DNA of 64,000 nucleotides from an uncultured delta proteobacterium (GTDB lineage: Bacteria; Desulfobacterota; Binatia; UBA9968), in assembly GCA_963804165.1 (NCBI GenBank), contig CAWDPO010000043.1, forward strand, positions 256,001 through 320,000, written 5' to 3'. The notes beneath the pieces were generated by a model. It was not told the DNA's origin. It saw nothing but the letters and a program-made list of their open reading frames with translations, and did no database searches. Both the position numbers and the translations under genes were made by a program. This document shows positions 51,524 to 60,639 of the stretch, piece by piece (positions within the stretch are counted from its first letter, which is position 1; every line of letters starts with the position of its first letter).

Positions 51524-51933
51524 GTTTCTTTCTCCTTTGCGCCGATCTCGTAAAACCCCGCCTCCTGCGCGCTCTCCGCGACCGAACGCTTGCGCCAAAA
51601 CCGCGATGGCCGGGGAACGGAAACGGTGAGGCACCAGTTACCGGCGCGCGCCTGGTTTTGAGCCAACAGTCTTTCGTAGATCCGGATCAACCGCCCCGGC
51701 TCCTGCTCACGGGAAGTCGCGATGACCTGCTCCGAGTATTTGTTCACGATTATGACGCTGGGCAGCTTCACTTCAAGTGAGTCGCCAGCTCCGGACTGAA
51801 CCGCTTGAATGAAAAAAACCCAACCGAATGAACGCTCCTCGACACCTTTGTGGGCAATCGAGAATTGCGCGGACGCGAACCGCAAGTTGAGCCGCGCAAG
51901 AACCAACTCTTCGGCCTGTGCTTGATTCAACAT
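51520..51933 (-). CDS. YrhB/Imm35-like protein
   Basis: MLNQAQAEELV...ERSFGWVFF...IIVNK...IRIYE resembles the YrhB/Imm35 pattern (recognised by eye). Confidence 0.55.
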   Translation of the reverse strand: MLNQAQAEELVLARLNLRFASAQFSIAHKGVEERSFGWVFFIQAVQSGAGDSLEVKLPSVIIVNKYSEQVIATSREQEPGRLIRIYERLLAQNQARAGNWCLTVSVPRPSRFWRKRSVAESAQEAGFYEIGAKEKET

Positions 51934-52042
51934 CGTGCCACGTCATTCATGACGGTTCATGAGCGAACGCATCGACGCGGTCCCTTGAACATTTACGGCG
52001 TCGCACTCATCCGCCGGCGCATCTATTCTCTCGGCGCTCATG

Positions 52043-53032
52043 CTATGTGCCGCGGGTGGCTTCGGCGAACAAGGACTCGGTATCCGGCATCTTTCGAACG
52101 AGACCCTCCGAGTAAACTTCCTCGGCCACCATCTTCAGCATAAGCCGGTTGGCGGCGAGGCCGCTGGGGTAAGGGTCGTCTCCGAAGAGCTCTGTGACTT
52201 TGGCGAAATGATCGTCAGGAAACAATAGGTATCCACCCGCGGCCTGCCGCGCCCGCTTGTAAGCTTCCTGTTTTGATTGCTCGAACGCGCGGAAGACCTT
52301 CATCGGTAGATCGGGATATTGCGCGGCGAGCCGCTCTTGTATCATCAGGACGTGATTCACCGGGGTGATACCGGTCTTGGCGCGGAACGCGCCGACAATC
52401 TCCGTGGCATCGCCCGGTTTGAACAGCGGGCGCACGGAGGCGGACGGCCTAACGTCGGCCGAATCATTGTCACCGTAAGCCGCATCCACTTCGCCGCGCT
52501 GCAGCAAATCGTTGAGCGATTCGCGCCCATCGAGCCGGCGCAACCGGATATCCGGCGCGAGAAAGTCCGTTGCCCCCTGACCATGGGTATGGGATGCCGG
52601 CCGGCCGTTGATCCAATCCACGTCCTGAGGCGTGATACCGTAGAGGTGGCGCAACACGATGCGCATCCATACGGCCGCCGTCATCTGGAAGTCGGGAACG
52701 CCGAACCGCTTGCCCTTCAAATCGGCGAGACTGCGAATACCCGAATCGACATGCACGTAAATATTTAAATGCAGCCACATGGTCGCCTTCGAGAGAAAAA
52801 TGGGAATCGCCTGCCAGCGCAGTCTCCCGCCTTGCTCGGGTCGATCGCGCACGATCAGAAAGTTGGAAAGGGAAAACTCGAATACGTCGCACGCGTCGTC
52901 ATTCATGTGCTTCAGATGCAAGGAAGCGGGACTACCCCTTTGCCATTCGCACTCTGCGCCTTCGATTTGTACCGTGCCATCGGCAAGGGGTTGAACCCGC
53001 GGGTTGTTCGAGAAAGCACACTTCAAGCGCAT
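52043..53032 (-). CDS. 4,5-dihydroxyphthalate decarboxylase-like (SBP-fold) protein
   Basis: PLADGTVQIEG, DVFEFSLS, AIPIF, DLKGKRFGVPDFQMTAAVWMR..L...YG, PVNH, DPYPSGLAANR. Confidence 0.85.
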   Translation of the reverse strand: MRLKCAFSNNPRVQPLADGTVQIEGAECEWQRGSPASLHLKHMNDDACDVFEFSLSNFLIVRDRPEQGGRLRWQAIPIFLSKATMWLHLNIYVHVDSGIRSLADLKGKRFGVPDFQMTAAVWMRIVLRHLYGITPQDVDWINGRPASHTHGQGATDFLAPDIRLRRLDGRESLNDLLQRGEVDAAYGDNDSADVRPSASVRPLFKPGDATEIVGAFRAKTGITPVNHVLMIQERLAAQYPDLPMKVFRAFEQSKQEAYKRARQAAGGYLLFPDDHFAKVTELFGDDPYPSGLAANRLMLKMVAEEVYSEGLVRKMPDTESLFAEATRGT

Positions 53033-53134
53033 ATTATCCTCCGGCGAATAATTTTGATCTCATCCTCTGCCTAATGAACCACCCCAGATGCTGGGTGTCA
53101 GAGCTGAGCGATGGCAATTGGCTCCTAGGAGCCC

Positions 53135-53212
53135 CCCCGGGAATATTTTTATCGGGGTCCAGTTCCGATCTCGCCCGGATTCCCGCTAAAAACATGCGGG
53201 AATGACGGACTC
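53135..53212. repeat. REP-like element (GGATTCCCGC...GCGGGAATGAC family)
   Basis: cccgggaatatttttatcggggtcc ... ggattcccgctaaaaacatgcgggaatgac. Confidence 0.6.
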
Positions 53213-53262
53213 TGGGAAGCCCGACTACATACAGCCAAGCTGGGCGAAATTAGACACAGTGA

Positions 53263-54216
53263 TTAAAAAGACACTTCCCGTCCCAATCCGAGTTTTCTTG
53301 CCTGCTGCAGAATCCAGTTGCAGAAGGCTACGTCTCCCCAGCCGCCTTGGGATTCCCTGAAAACGGTGATTTCCTCTCGATGCTTTCGCCCGCCCCGGCC
53401 GCAAATGACGTCGCCCAACTCCAGGACTCTTGGCCAAAATCCCGGCTCCTCTTTGAGTTCCAATAAAGGCTGCCTGAAGCCTCTGCTGAGGTCGAGGTTC
53501 AGTTCCTGCTGTTTGTCTCCGACCACGGTGAGCGCCGCGCGTCGGTAAGCCGCCGGAGCCAATTCGCTCGGCCGCCCCATACTGTTCACATGCAACCCGT
53601 CCTCCATGGCTGCGGGATCAAACACCGGCTCTTTGGAATTAGTGGCCACGAGCAGGATATCGCTTCCCCGCACGGCTTCCTCTGCATTCGCACAGCGTGA
53701 AACATCCATGCTCAAGGCCGAACCCGCTTGCTCGGCAAAACGATTTCCATGACCAGGGTCCCTGCTGTAAACCTTGATCTTTTTCACGGGGCGAACACAG
53801 ACAACACCTTCCAGCAAGCTGAGAGCATTTTGCCCGGTGCCGATGAGGCCGACTACCTCGGCATTCTGTCGAGACAGCGTTTCAGTTGCCAAACCCACCA
53901 CGGCACCGGTGCGCAATTCGCCCAACGGGAAAGACATGACCGCCAGGAGCTCGCCGGTGTCGGCATGGCAGATTACCGCAAGCGAACCACCCGACTTAAA
54001 GCCCGCGGCTTTGGTCAACCGCGCGCCTATGAGGTTGCTGTCCAACAACGCCCCTTGGACTATTCGCAAAGCGCCGTTGGCCACGTGGAGCATCGTCGGA
54101 GCCTTGGATAAAACCCGCCCTTTGCCTTGTTCGACAAACGCGGCCCTGGTGACTTCGATGGCTGTCTTCAAGTCCAGCAGCCCCTCCACCTCGTGTCGCT
54201 CCAGGAGTAATGCCAT
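53263..54216 (-). CDS. Ornithine cyclodeaminase/mu-crystallin family protein
   Basis: TGELLAV, LRTGA, GLIGTGQNA, LVATNS..PV, HVNSMG, ITVFRESQGGWGD. Confidence 0.9.
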   Translation of the reverse strand: MALLLERHEVEGLLDLKTAIEVTRAAFVEQGKGRVLSKAPTMLHVANGALRIVQGALLDSNLIGARLTKAAGFKSGGSLAVICHADTGELLAVMSFPLGELRTGAVVGLATETLSRQNAEVVGLIGTGQNALSLLEGVVCVRPVKKIKVYSRDPGHGNRFAEQAGSALSMDVSRCANAEEAVRGSDILLVATNSKEPVFDPAAMEDGLHVNSMGRPSELAPAAYRRAALTVVGDKQQELNLDLSRGFRQPLLELKEEPGFWPRVLELGDVICGRGGRKHREEITVFRESQGGWGDVAFCNWILQQARKLGLGREVSF

Positions 54217-54246
54217 GAAAGGAACGTTCCTACCACCTAAGATTGT

Positions 54247-55365
54247 TTATTGCGGCTTGCTTTTGCTGCCGAGAGCGTCGTCGATAATCTTGACTGCGGG
54301 TTTCACGTCCATGAATTCGGGTCCTTCGACAAAAAAATACTTTCGTCCCGCCGCCCGCCGCGCCGCCACGGGAACCTTGTCTTTGGGAATGTCGACTCGC
54401 AGCGAATCGCGATCACCGTGGCTCTCCTGATAGACGATCTGGCCCCGGCGGGAAAGATACCAGTTGATAAAAACCTTCGCGCTATTTGGATGAGGCGCCT
54501 TATTCATCAAGGCCATGGCGCTGGCGCTGCCGCGCAGTCGCGGCATTTCTTTGAGATCGTTGGGATTGACGCTATCGACGGGAAGTCCCTGCGCCTTTGC
54601 TTTGTCGGCGATATCCTCCCGACAAAAGACGCACAGAGCGACTTTGTTGGTCGCCACCCAGTCGATGGCTTGTTGCGGCTCGCGACTGAGCACGACATTC
54701 ATCTCGCCGAAAAGCCGCCGGATAAACTCCGGACCCAGGTCGGGATGATAAAACACGTAGCGCAATTCGCTCGCGCCAAAGCCCGGCTCGCGCGCGTCGA
54801 GCGAGACGATTCTTCCCTTCCATTTCGGATTGAACAGATCCAAATAGGACTTGAATTCCGCCGCTTTCGCCACTTGGGTGTTGTAACTGATCGTGAAGCC
54901 GGACACGCTCCCTTCATTGACAAAAATGTACTTGCGCTCGGGCTCGATGTAGAAGTGCTTCCCCTCCCACCACAGCGAAGGGTCTACGACCTCGGGCAGC
55001 ACGAGGAGTGGAGCAAGAGGATCGAACAGTTTGTTCTGATAAAAACTGTAAAGCGACGTGGGGCCGCCCATGTATACGTCCGCTAAATATTTGCCGGCTC
55101 TTCGCTCGGCCAGCAGTCGCGGCGACATGCGGCTGCTGTTGCCGTGGACGACGTCGAGCTTGATCTGGGGATAGTCCTTTTGAAACTCGGCGAAGATCTG
55201 CGGATGGTAAGGGCCCAGCGCGGCATAGATTTGAAGCTGGCCTTCCTGCTTCGCCGCTTGAATGGTTTTTTCCCAGTCCGATTGCCAGGCCGCTTTCTCG
55301 GCGGCGGTGCTTTTCCCGACTAGGAATGAAATAACCACGAGAAGGAAAAATGCCGTGCGGTTCAT
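54247..55365 (-). CDS. ABC substrate-binding protein (paralog of 62722-63903)
   Basis: Signal peptide, WEKTIQAAKQEG, LLAERRAGKYLADVY, PKWKG, KAPHPNSAKVFINW. Confidence 0.88.
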   Translation of the reverse strand: MNRTAFFLLVVISFLVGKSTAAEKAAWQSDWEKTIQAAKQEGQLQIYAALGPYHPQIFAEFQKDYPQIKLDVVHGNSSRMSPRLLAERRAGKYLADVYMGGPTSLYSFYQNKLFDPLAPLLVLPEVVDPSLWWEGKHFYIEPERKYIFVNEGSVSGFTISYNTQVAKAAEFKSYLDLFNPKWKGRIVSLDAREPGFGASELRYVFYHPDLGPEFIRRLFGEMNVVLSREPQQAIDWVATNKVALCVFCREDIADKAKAQGLPVDSVNPNDLKEMPRLRGSASAMALMNKAPHPNSAKVFINWYLSRRGQIVYQESHGDRDSLRVDIPKDKVPVAARRAAGRKYFFVEGPEFMDVKPAVKIIDDALGSKSKPQ

Positions 55366-55448
55366 AGCACAGTCTCCAAAACTATCTTCTGGAGCTTGGG
55401 GATATCCGGACCATCACTCCAGTACTCCATTACTCCATCTCCTGCACC

Positions 55449-56534
55449 TTACCGATAGGCGCCTAACACGCCAACTGCCGATTGCAAAAATCTCAGATCC
55501 ACCATCCGGTTGACATCGACTTTCGTGCCGATCAATCCCCGCTGATGATACCATTCCTGGTCGTCCTGGATTTCTTTCACGTTCACGTCGCCGTTGGGCG
55601 GCGAGTCTTGGGCAGCCAAACCGGTCTTGAGCGACTTTTTGTCTTGGACCCGCAGGTGTCTGCCGACCAAATCCACGATTTCATCCAGAGATTCCTTTTT
55701 TCTGGTAACGGCATCATGAAAATCGCGCTGGCCCTTCAAAAAGCCGTGCATAAACCGCTCCGCCGTCTTGGGCCGGCTGCGGATGAACACATCCGAATAA
55801 AAAAGATTGTTGGTCATATGGCCGGGAAAGAAATCCGCCAGATCGGCGACGACAACGGCGACGCCGCTGTCTTCCACGGCGCTGGCAAAGGGTTGAACCA
55901 TAAATGCCGCGTCGATAGCGGATCGCGATAGCGCGTTCGCCATATCGGTAAACGGCATGACTCGGATCGTGACCTCGCTTTCCTTGAGACCGGCCTTTCT
56001 GAGCAGCCCGTCGAGAAACAGACGCGAGGCGCCTCCGGCGCTATTGAGGGCGATGATTTTACCCTTGAGATCTTTTAGCGTCGGTGCTTTCCCCGGTTCC
56101 AGTAAGGAGCGGCGCACAAGATATTTCGCGGTGCGCCCCTGCCCCACTCTCGATTTGGTCGCGACGATTTTCAGTCCTATACCGGCGGCCACCGCATTGT
56201 AGATTCCCGGACTGATACTGCCGCTGCCCGCATCCAGCTCGCCGGTGGTCAAGGCGGCCATCTGGGGTCCACCCGATGAGCTAAAAAAGATTGTCTCGAC
56301 GGAGATCCCCAGATCCTGAAAATAACCGCGCTCCTTGGCGACAAAAATGCCGGCATCGGCATTGATCATCAACAAAGCGACCTTGACTTTTTCCTGTCCG
56401 GCAACGCTGATGGGCGCCAATAAAAAAAGGCAAACACAGAAGAATTGGAGTAATGGAGTGTTGGAGTGTTGGAGTAATGGGCGGGGTATCGGAGCATTCC
56501 AGTATTCCATTACTCCATCACTCCATCTCCCCAT
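55449..56534 (-). CDS. ABC substrate-binding protein (NMT1/TauA family); N-terminus encoded by a palindromic repeat
   Basis: FVAKERGYF, LTTGELD, KDLKGK, IDAAF..QPF; codons 2-30 lie within the GGAGTAAT palindrome. Confidence 0.85.
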   Translation of the reverse strand: MGRWSDGVMEYWNAPIPRPLLQHSNTPLLQFFCVCLFLLAPISVAGQEKVKVALLMINADAGIFVAKERGYFQDLGISVETIFFSSSGGPQMAALTTGELDAGSGSISPGIYNAVAAGIGLKIVATKSRVGQGRTAKYLVRRSLLEPGKAPTLKDLKGKIIALNSAGGASRLFLDGLLRKAGLKESEVTIRVMPFTDMANALSRSAIDAAFMVQPFASAVEDSGVAVVVADLADFFPGHMTNNLFYSDVFIRSRPKTAERFMHGFLKGQRDFHDAVTRKKESLDEIVDLVGRHLRVQDKKSLKTGLAAQDSPPNGDVNVKEIQDDQEWYHQRGLIGTKVDVNRMVDLRFLQSAVGVLGAYR

Positions 56535-56543
56535 GATCCCACC

Positions 56544-57551
56544 CTAAGCCTTCTCGCCGAACGGCGTATTGGTATCGTCGTAGCCGTAATCATAGTGAGT
56601 CATGTCGCTGTCCAACGGAGTGCCGCCGACAAAATGAAAAGCGTTGTTGTCCCAGTCGTAGAAGTAAGTCCCGCGCGCGTGAGCGCTCTTTCTAAGCCCA
56701 AGCGCGATCTGTCCGTGCAGCTCGGTCCGAGGCGGCAGTGTTTTCTCATCGACCGGCGCGCCTTCGGCGGCAGAAAACGGCACATACTCCGACTCAGGCA
56801 AATTGTCCCAGAGGCCCTTGTAGCCGATCATGAATTCGTCATTCATCACGGTCAGTGCACGGTGATTGCCGTACCAGACGTTGTGGCCGCCGGTGCGCTC
56901 GTCTAATGCATCCACCTGCTGGTAGATGATCCGGCCGCCGCCCATGAGACGAAGCGCGAGCTTGTCCTTGGGGACATCCGCGCTCTTGATCGGGTCCACG
57001 CCGAGGAAGCGGCCGTAAAACTCGGTGGTGCGGCTAATATCCCGTGACTCGAGCACAGCGTGAGAGATGCGGCCGATTCGCGCCGGATTATCGGCTTCCA
57101 TCGCGCCGGCGGGCATCTGCCTTGGCGCCCAAAACTCATATTGATTCCCGTCCGGGTCCTCGAAGTGAATTGCCGTCCCCTCTTCGCCTTCAACGGAAGT
57201 TTTGATCGGATTGGTGTGCGGCACGTTGTGCTGGTCGAGGCGCCGCAGATGTTTGTCGACGTCGCCGGCGCGCACGAAGTAGCCGTGGCGCGGCGTACCT
57301 TTCCCGAGTCCTTGCGTCGGCGGCAGCATCTTGTCCTGCAGGAAGCTGCCAACGCTGTGATAGTGCCCGACCTTGGAAAAGACCCCGATGGGAACCCGGC
57401 GCTGCCGCGCCTTGGTCGTCAGCGGCAGCTGATGATAGAACACACCGCCCAAAATGTTCTTGATAAAATCAAGACTCTTCGGCAGATCGTTGGTCGGAAC
57501 AACGTAATGATCGATCCAGAAAACCGCTCCCGGCCGATGTTCTCTGCTCAT
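56544..57551 (-). CDS. Two-domain VOC-family protein
   Basis: IDHYVVPTNDL, HGYFV, FEDPDGNQYEF, ISHAVLESRD, YFYDWDNNAFHF; AAGGAGG RBS. Confidence 0.88.
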   Translation of the reverse strand: MSREHRPGAVFWIDHYVVPTNDLPKSLDFIKNILGGVFYHQLPLTTKARQRRVPIGVFSKVGHYHSVGSFLQDKMLPPTQGLGKGTPRHGYFVRAGDVDKHLRRLDQHNVPHTNPIKTSVEGEEGTAIHFEDPDGNQYEFWAPRQMPAGAMEADNPARIGRISHAVLESRDISRTTEFYGRFLGVDPIKSADVPKDKLALRLMGGGRIIYQQVDALDERTGGHNVWYGNHRALTVMNDEFMIGYKGLWDNLPESEYVPFSAAEGAPVDEKTLPPRTELHGQIALGLRKSAHARGTYFYDWDNNAFHFVGGTPLDSDMTHYDYGYDDTNTPFGEKA

Positions 57552-57610
57552 AGACTTTCCTCCTTACGATCAAGACTCGAGAATAGTTGATGAGAGCCCC
57601 CCGGACGCTA

Positions 57611-57757
57611 GAGACTGCGTCGTAATCCGCGCAACCTCTTGATGTCATCCTGAGCAAAAGGGAAGGATCTCGTCCGAGTTCAGTCGAGATTCTTCCGCGG
57701 AGTTTATCCTGAGCAGCATCGTCGAAGGGCCTCAGAATGACATTACGACACAATCTC
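57611..57757. mobile_element. MITE family C
   Basis: TIRs gagactgcgtcgtaat / attacgacacaatctc around gtcatcctgag...ctcagaatgac; inverted relative to the copy at 60330-60615. Confidence 0.78.
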
Positions 57758-57824
57758 TCTATTCCGGGGAGAAGCCACCATCTTCCATCTCAATCCTCCA
57801 TCTTCAAGCAATTGCTCACTTGCC

Positions 57825-59015
57825 CTATGTGATCGAAATCATCCCGTGGCGACGCTTGAAAATCACTTCCCCGCCGCGGTCGGTCACGCGCACACAACCA
57901 CCCCAGACAAAGCGAATCTGCTCATCCGCGCTCATCGCAATCGGCTTCCAAGCCCAGGCGTTGCCCTTCTCCATGCGCAGGTCACCAACTTGCTCGGCGT
58001 GAGAGCGCGGACTGAGGGAGGGTCCGTCGTCGCCGTAGCCGCACCCATGCATAAAGACCGCCGTTTTCATGCCGCGCTTGGCGCCGAACCCGTTGACGAA
58101 ACTGATAAACTCGCCGAACCGAGTTCCCGGCTTCATCAATTCCAGCCCCGCTTGGAAAACTTCCCTTTGCAGCTCGATCACGGCCTGCCATTTGTCGGGA
58201 ATCCGCCCGAGCAAAATCGGTTGCGATTCTTGAACCAGTTGCGCTCCTGATATTGCGCTGACTTCGTTGGTGATAAGCGCATTGCTTTCAAGGCGCGTAC
58301 CGATGGGCGGATTGGTGTAGCGCGTCGGTGCCAACGCGTCGATGGAATCCATCGACAGAACCAAGGGATGGTATTCACTGCGCAGTTCCAACATTCGCTC
58401 CGTGACCGCGGCGTAAAGCAGCGCGCCGTCCAATCCCGGCCGCGCCAATCTAGCCATTTCATCGATGCCCGCTTCGGCAATCGACGCCGCCCGCTCAAGG
58501 AATGATATTTCCTCCTCGCTTTTGCAGTAGCGAACGAACCCGACCACGTCGGTGGCATCGTCAAAGGTGGCATTGGGCAACCTGCGCATCACCTCGGTGA
58601 ATGCCGTGTGGTTGACCACTCCATCGGGGGCGCCGACGTGCGTGACCTTGCCGCCCTGCAAGCCGACGACGCCGATGCGCGCCCGTTCCATCCCGGCATC
58701 GAGAAGCGCTTCGCTCATCGGCTCGGCCCATTCTCGACTGGTCTGCCAAGGCTGCGGCGCCCATTCGTTCTTTGAATTACGGTCGGCAATAATGATCGGC
58801 TCGCGTCCGTCCGTCGGCAGAACCAACGAAGAACAGCGAAGCTGAGTCAGGTATCGTCCGTCGATGCCATTGCCGAGCGGCACAAAAATACAATCGAAGC
58901 CCGCCTTCGCCGCATTCTCCCTTACAGCCCGCCAGCGCCGATCGCGCTCCGCCAGCGAGTAGCCGGCCCAGATAAGCACCGTCGGTCCGGACGTTTGTGG
59001 TGGCTTCCACGGCAT
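57825..59015 (-). CDS. M24 (pita-bread)-fold protein, creatinase-like, lacking most metal ligands
   Basis: YSLAERDRRW, KSEEEI..LERAA, HGCGYGDDGP, WKP, GGCVRVT. Confidence 0.85.
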   Translation of the reverse strand: MPWKPPQTSGPTVLIWAGYSLAERDRRWRAVRENAAKAGFDCIFVPLGNGIDGRYLTQLRCSSLVLPTDGREPIIIADRNSKNEWAPQPWQTSREWAEPMSEALLDAGMERARIGVVGLQGGKVTHVGAPDGVVNHTAFTEVMRRLPNATFDDATDVVGFVRYCKSEEEISFLERAASIAEAGIDEMARLARPGLDGALLYAAVTERMLELRSEYHPLVLSMDSIDALAPTRYTNPPIGTRLESNALITNEVSAISGAQLVQESQPILLGRIPDKWQAVIELQREVFQAGLELMKPGTRFGEFISFVNGFGAKRGMKTAVFMHGCGYGDDGPSLSPRSHAEQVGDLRMEKGNAWAWKPIAMSADEQIRFVWGGCVRVTDRGGEVIFKRRHGMISIT

Positions 59016-59097
59016 AAAGAGTGACTCTTTCAGTCTAGAGTCGCGGGTTTCGAGTTGAACATGAATACCCGAGACGCGAAATCCGAAACAATCTTTT

Positions 59098-60312
59098 CTA
59101 AGTGATCGAAACCATTCCCGGTGTACGTTTCACCAGCGGCTCGCCGCCCTTCTCGGTGACCAGCACGCAGCCACCCCAACTCATCTCGAAGTTGCCGTCT
59201 CGGCTGTGCGCAATCGGCTTCCAAATGAAAACGTTTCCCTGCTCTATCTGCGCATCACGGTTGCGCTCGCCGCGATCCTGCGGCGTAAACAGCGGCCCAT
59301 CGTCGCCGTAACCGCGGCCATGCATCAGCGTGAGAGTTTTCATGCCACGCTTGGCGCCAAAGCCGTTGGCAAAATCCATCAACTCGCCAAAGCGTGTTCC
59401 CGGCTTTATGAAATCCAATCCCGCCAAGTACAGATCGCGCTGGAGTTCGATGGCGGGCTGCCATTCAGCGGGAATCGGCCCCAACAATATAGGCTGTTGC
59501 TCCTGGGCAACCAGCCCGCCCCAGAGCGCGTCCACTTCGTTGGCGATCCGATACATCGGTTGCAGGGTTCGATCGATCGGCGGATCCTCGAAGCGGGGCA
59601 ACCGGCCCGCATCATGCGGCCCGGTATAAAGCGCCATAGGATAATAGCCGCTCCCGAGCTCCAACATCCGGCGCATGACGCGCGTGTACAAAACTCCTTC
59701 GTCAACTCCCGGCCGGGCAAGCTCGATCATTTTTTCGATGCCCGCAGCAGCGATCGCCGCGCCCCGCTTTAGGCACGCGATCTGTTCTTCGCTCTTGACG
59801 TAGCGCGCACGCCCCAACACGTCCGTCGCGTCGTCAAACCTTGCATTAGGTAACTGTCGCAAAACCTCGGCATAGGAGCTGTGATTGATCACCCCGGCGA
59901 TTGCCCTGCCGTGAGTGAACGTCCCCCGCCTGAGCCCCGATACGCCGATGCGCGCGCGTTCCATTCCACAATCGATCAAGGCCTGAGCCATGGTTTTTCC
60001 CCATGAACCCCCGACCAGCAGAATTTCCGCGACCCAATTGTTGCCCGCTTCTTGATCGGCAATAACGATGGGAGCGCTCCCATCCGTAGGCAGGATCACC
60101 GCGGCATTATTCATCTCCGTGAGAAACCGGCAGTCGGAACGCGCGCCGCGCGCTTGCTCGAGCGAAAGGTGCAAGTTCTTGCCGTCGATGCACAGCGGCA
60201 CAAAGATGCAATCCAACCCCGCTTTCGCCGCATGCGCGCGCACGGCTTGCCAGCGCCAATCGCGCTCCGCGAGAGAGTAACCTTTCCATGTGACATCCGC
60301 CGGTGTTTCCAT
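59098..60312 (-). CDS. M24-fold protein, tandem paralog
   Basis: YSLAERDWRW, VKSEEQI, HGRGYGDDGP, WKP, GGCVLVT. The ORF-track start (60342) lies in the MITE TIR; ATG 60312 is preferred. Confidence 0.85.
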   Translation of the reverse strand: METPADVTWKGYSLAERDWRWQAVRAHAAKAGLDCIFVPLCIDGKNLHLSLEQARGARSDCRFLTEMNNAAVILPTDGSAPIVIADQEAGNNWVAEILLVGGSWGKTMAQALIDCGMERARIGVSGLRRGTFTHGRAIAGVINHSSYAEVLRQLPNARFDDATDVLGRARYVKSEEQIACLKRGAAIAAAGIEKMIELARPGVDEGVLYTRVMRRMLELGSGYYPMALYTGPHDAGRLPRFEDPPIDRTLQPMYRIANEVDALWGGLVAQEQQPILLGPIPAEWQPAIELQRDLYLAGLDFIKPGTRFGELMDFANGFGAKRGMKTLTLMHGRGYGDDGPLFTPQDRGERNRDAQIEQGNVFIWKPIAHSRDGNFEMSWGGCVLVTEKGGEPLVKRTPGMVSIT

Positions 60313-60329
60313 CTGCGCTTCTCGCTGGG

Positions 60330-60615
60330 GAGACTGTGTCATAATGTCATCCTGAGGCCCCTTCGGCTTCGCTCACGATAAACTCCGTTGAAGGACCTCG
60401 CTTTTTGTAACGTGTGAAACGGTCGAGATTCTTCACTGCCGTCAGACGGTGTGAAAATGGTACGACTCGGCTCACCACGAACGGGGTGGCTTCGCTAGAA
60501 ATGAAGCATTTATCCGTTCGCCCTGAGCTTAGTCGAAGGGCTCCGATAGAGTTTTTACACGGTCTGTCGTTCAGAATGACATCTCCGCTCAATTTCACGA
60601 TTACGACACAGTCTC
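60330..60615. mobile_element. MITE family C with a nested MITE (60443-60566)
   Basis: Outer TIRs gagactgtgtcataat / attacgacacagtctc. Inner TIRs cagacggtgtgaaaa / ttttacacggtctg enclose acgaacgg...ccgttcgccctgagcttagtcgaaggg. Confidence 0.8.
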
Positions 60616-60639
60616 AGTTTCGCGCCAATACTTCTCAAC

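Noticed and set aside
6017-56531. Short periodic repeats (TTGAAC, GGAGTAAT, GTTCAAG) as CRISPR arrays
   Set aside because: Periods are 7-9 nt with no 25-45 nt repeats or unique spacers, and there are no cas genes.
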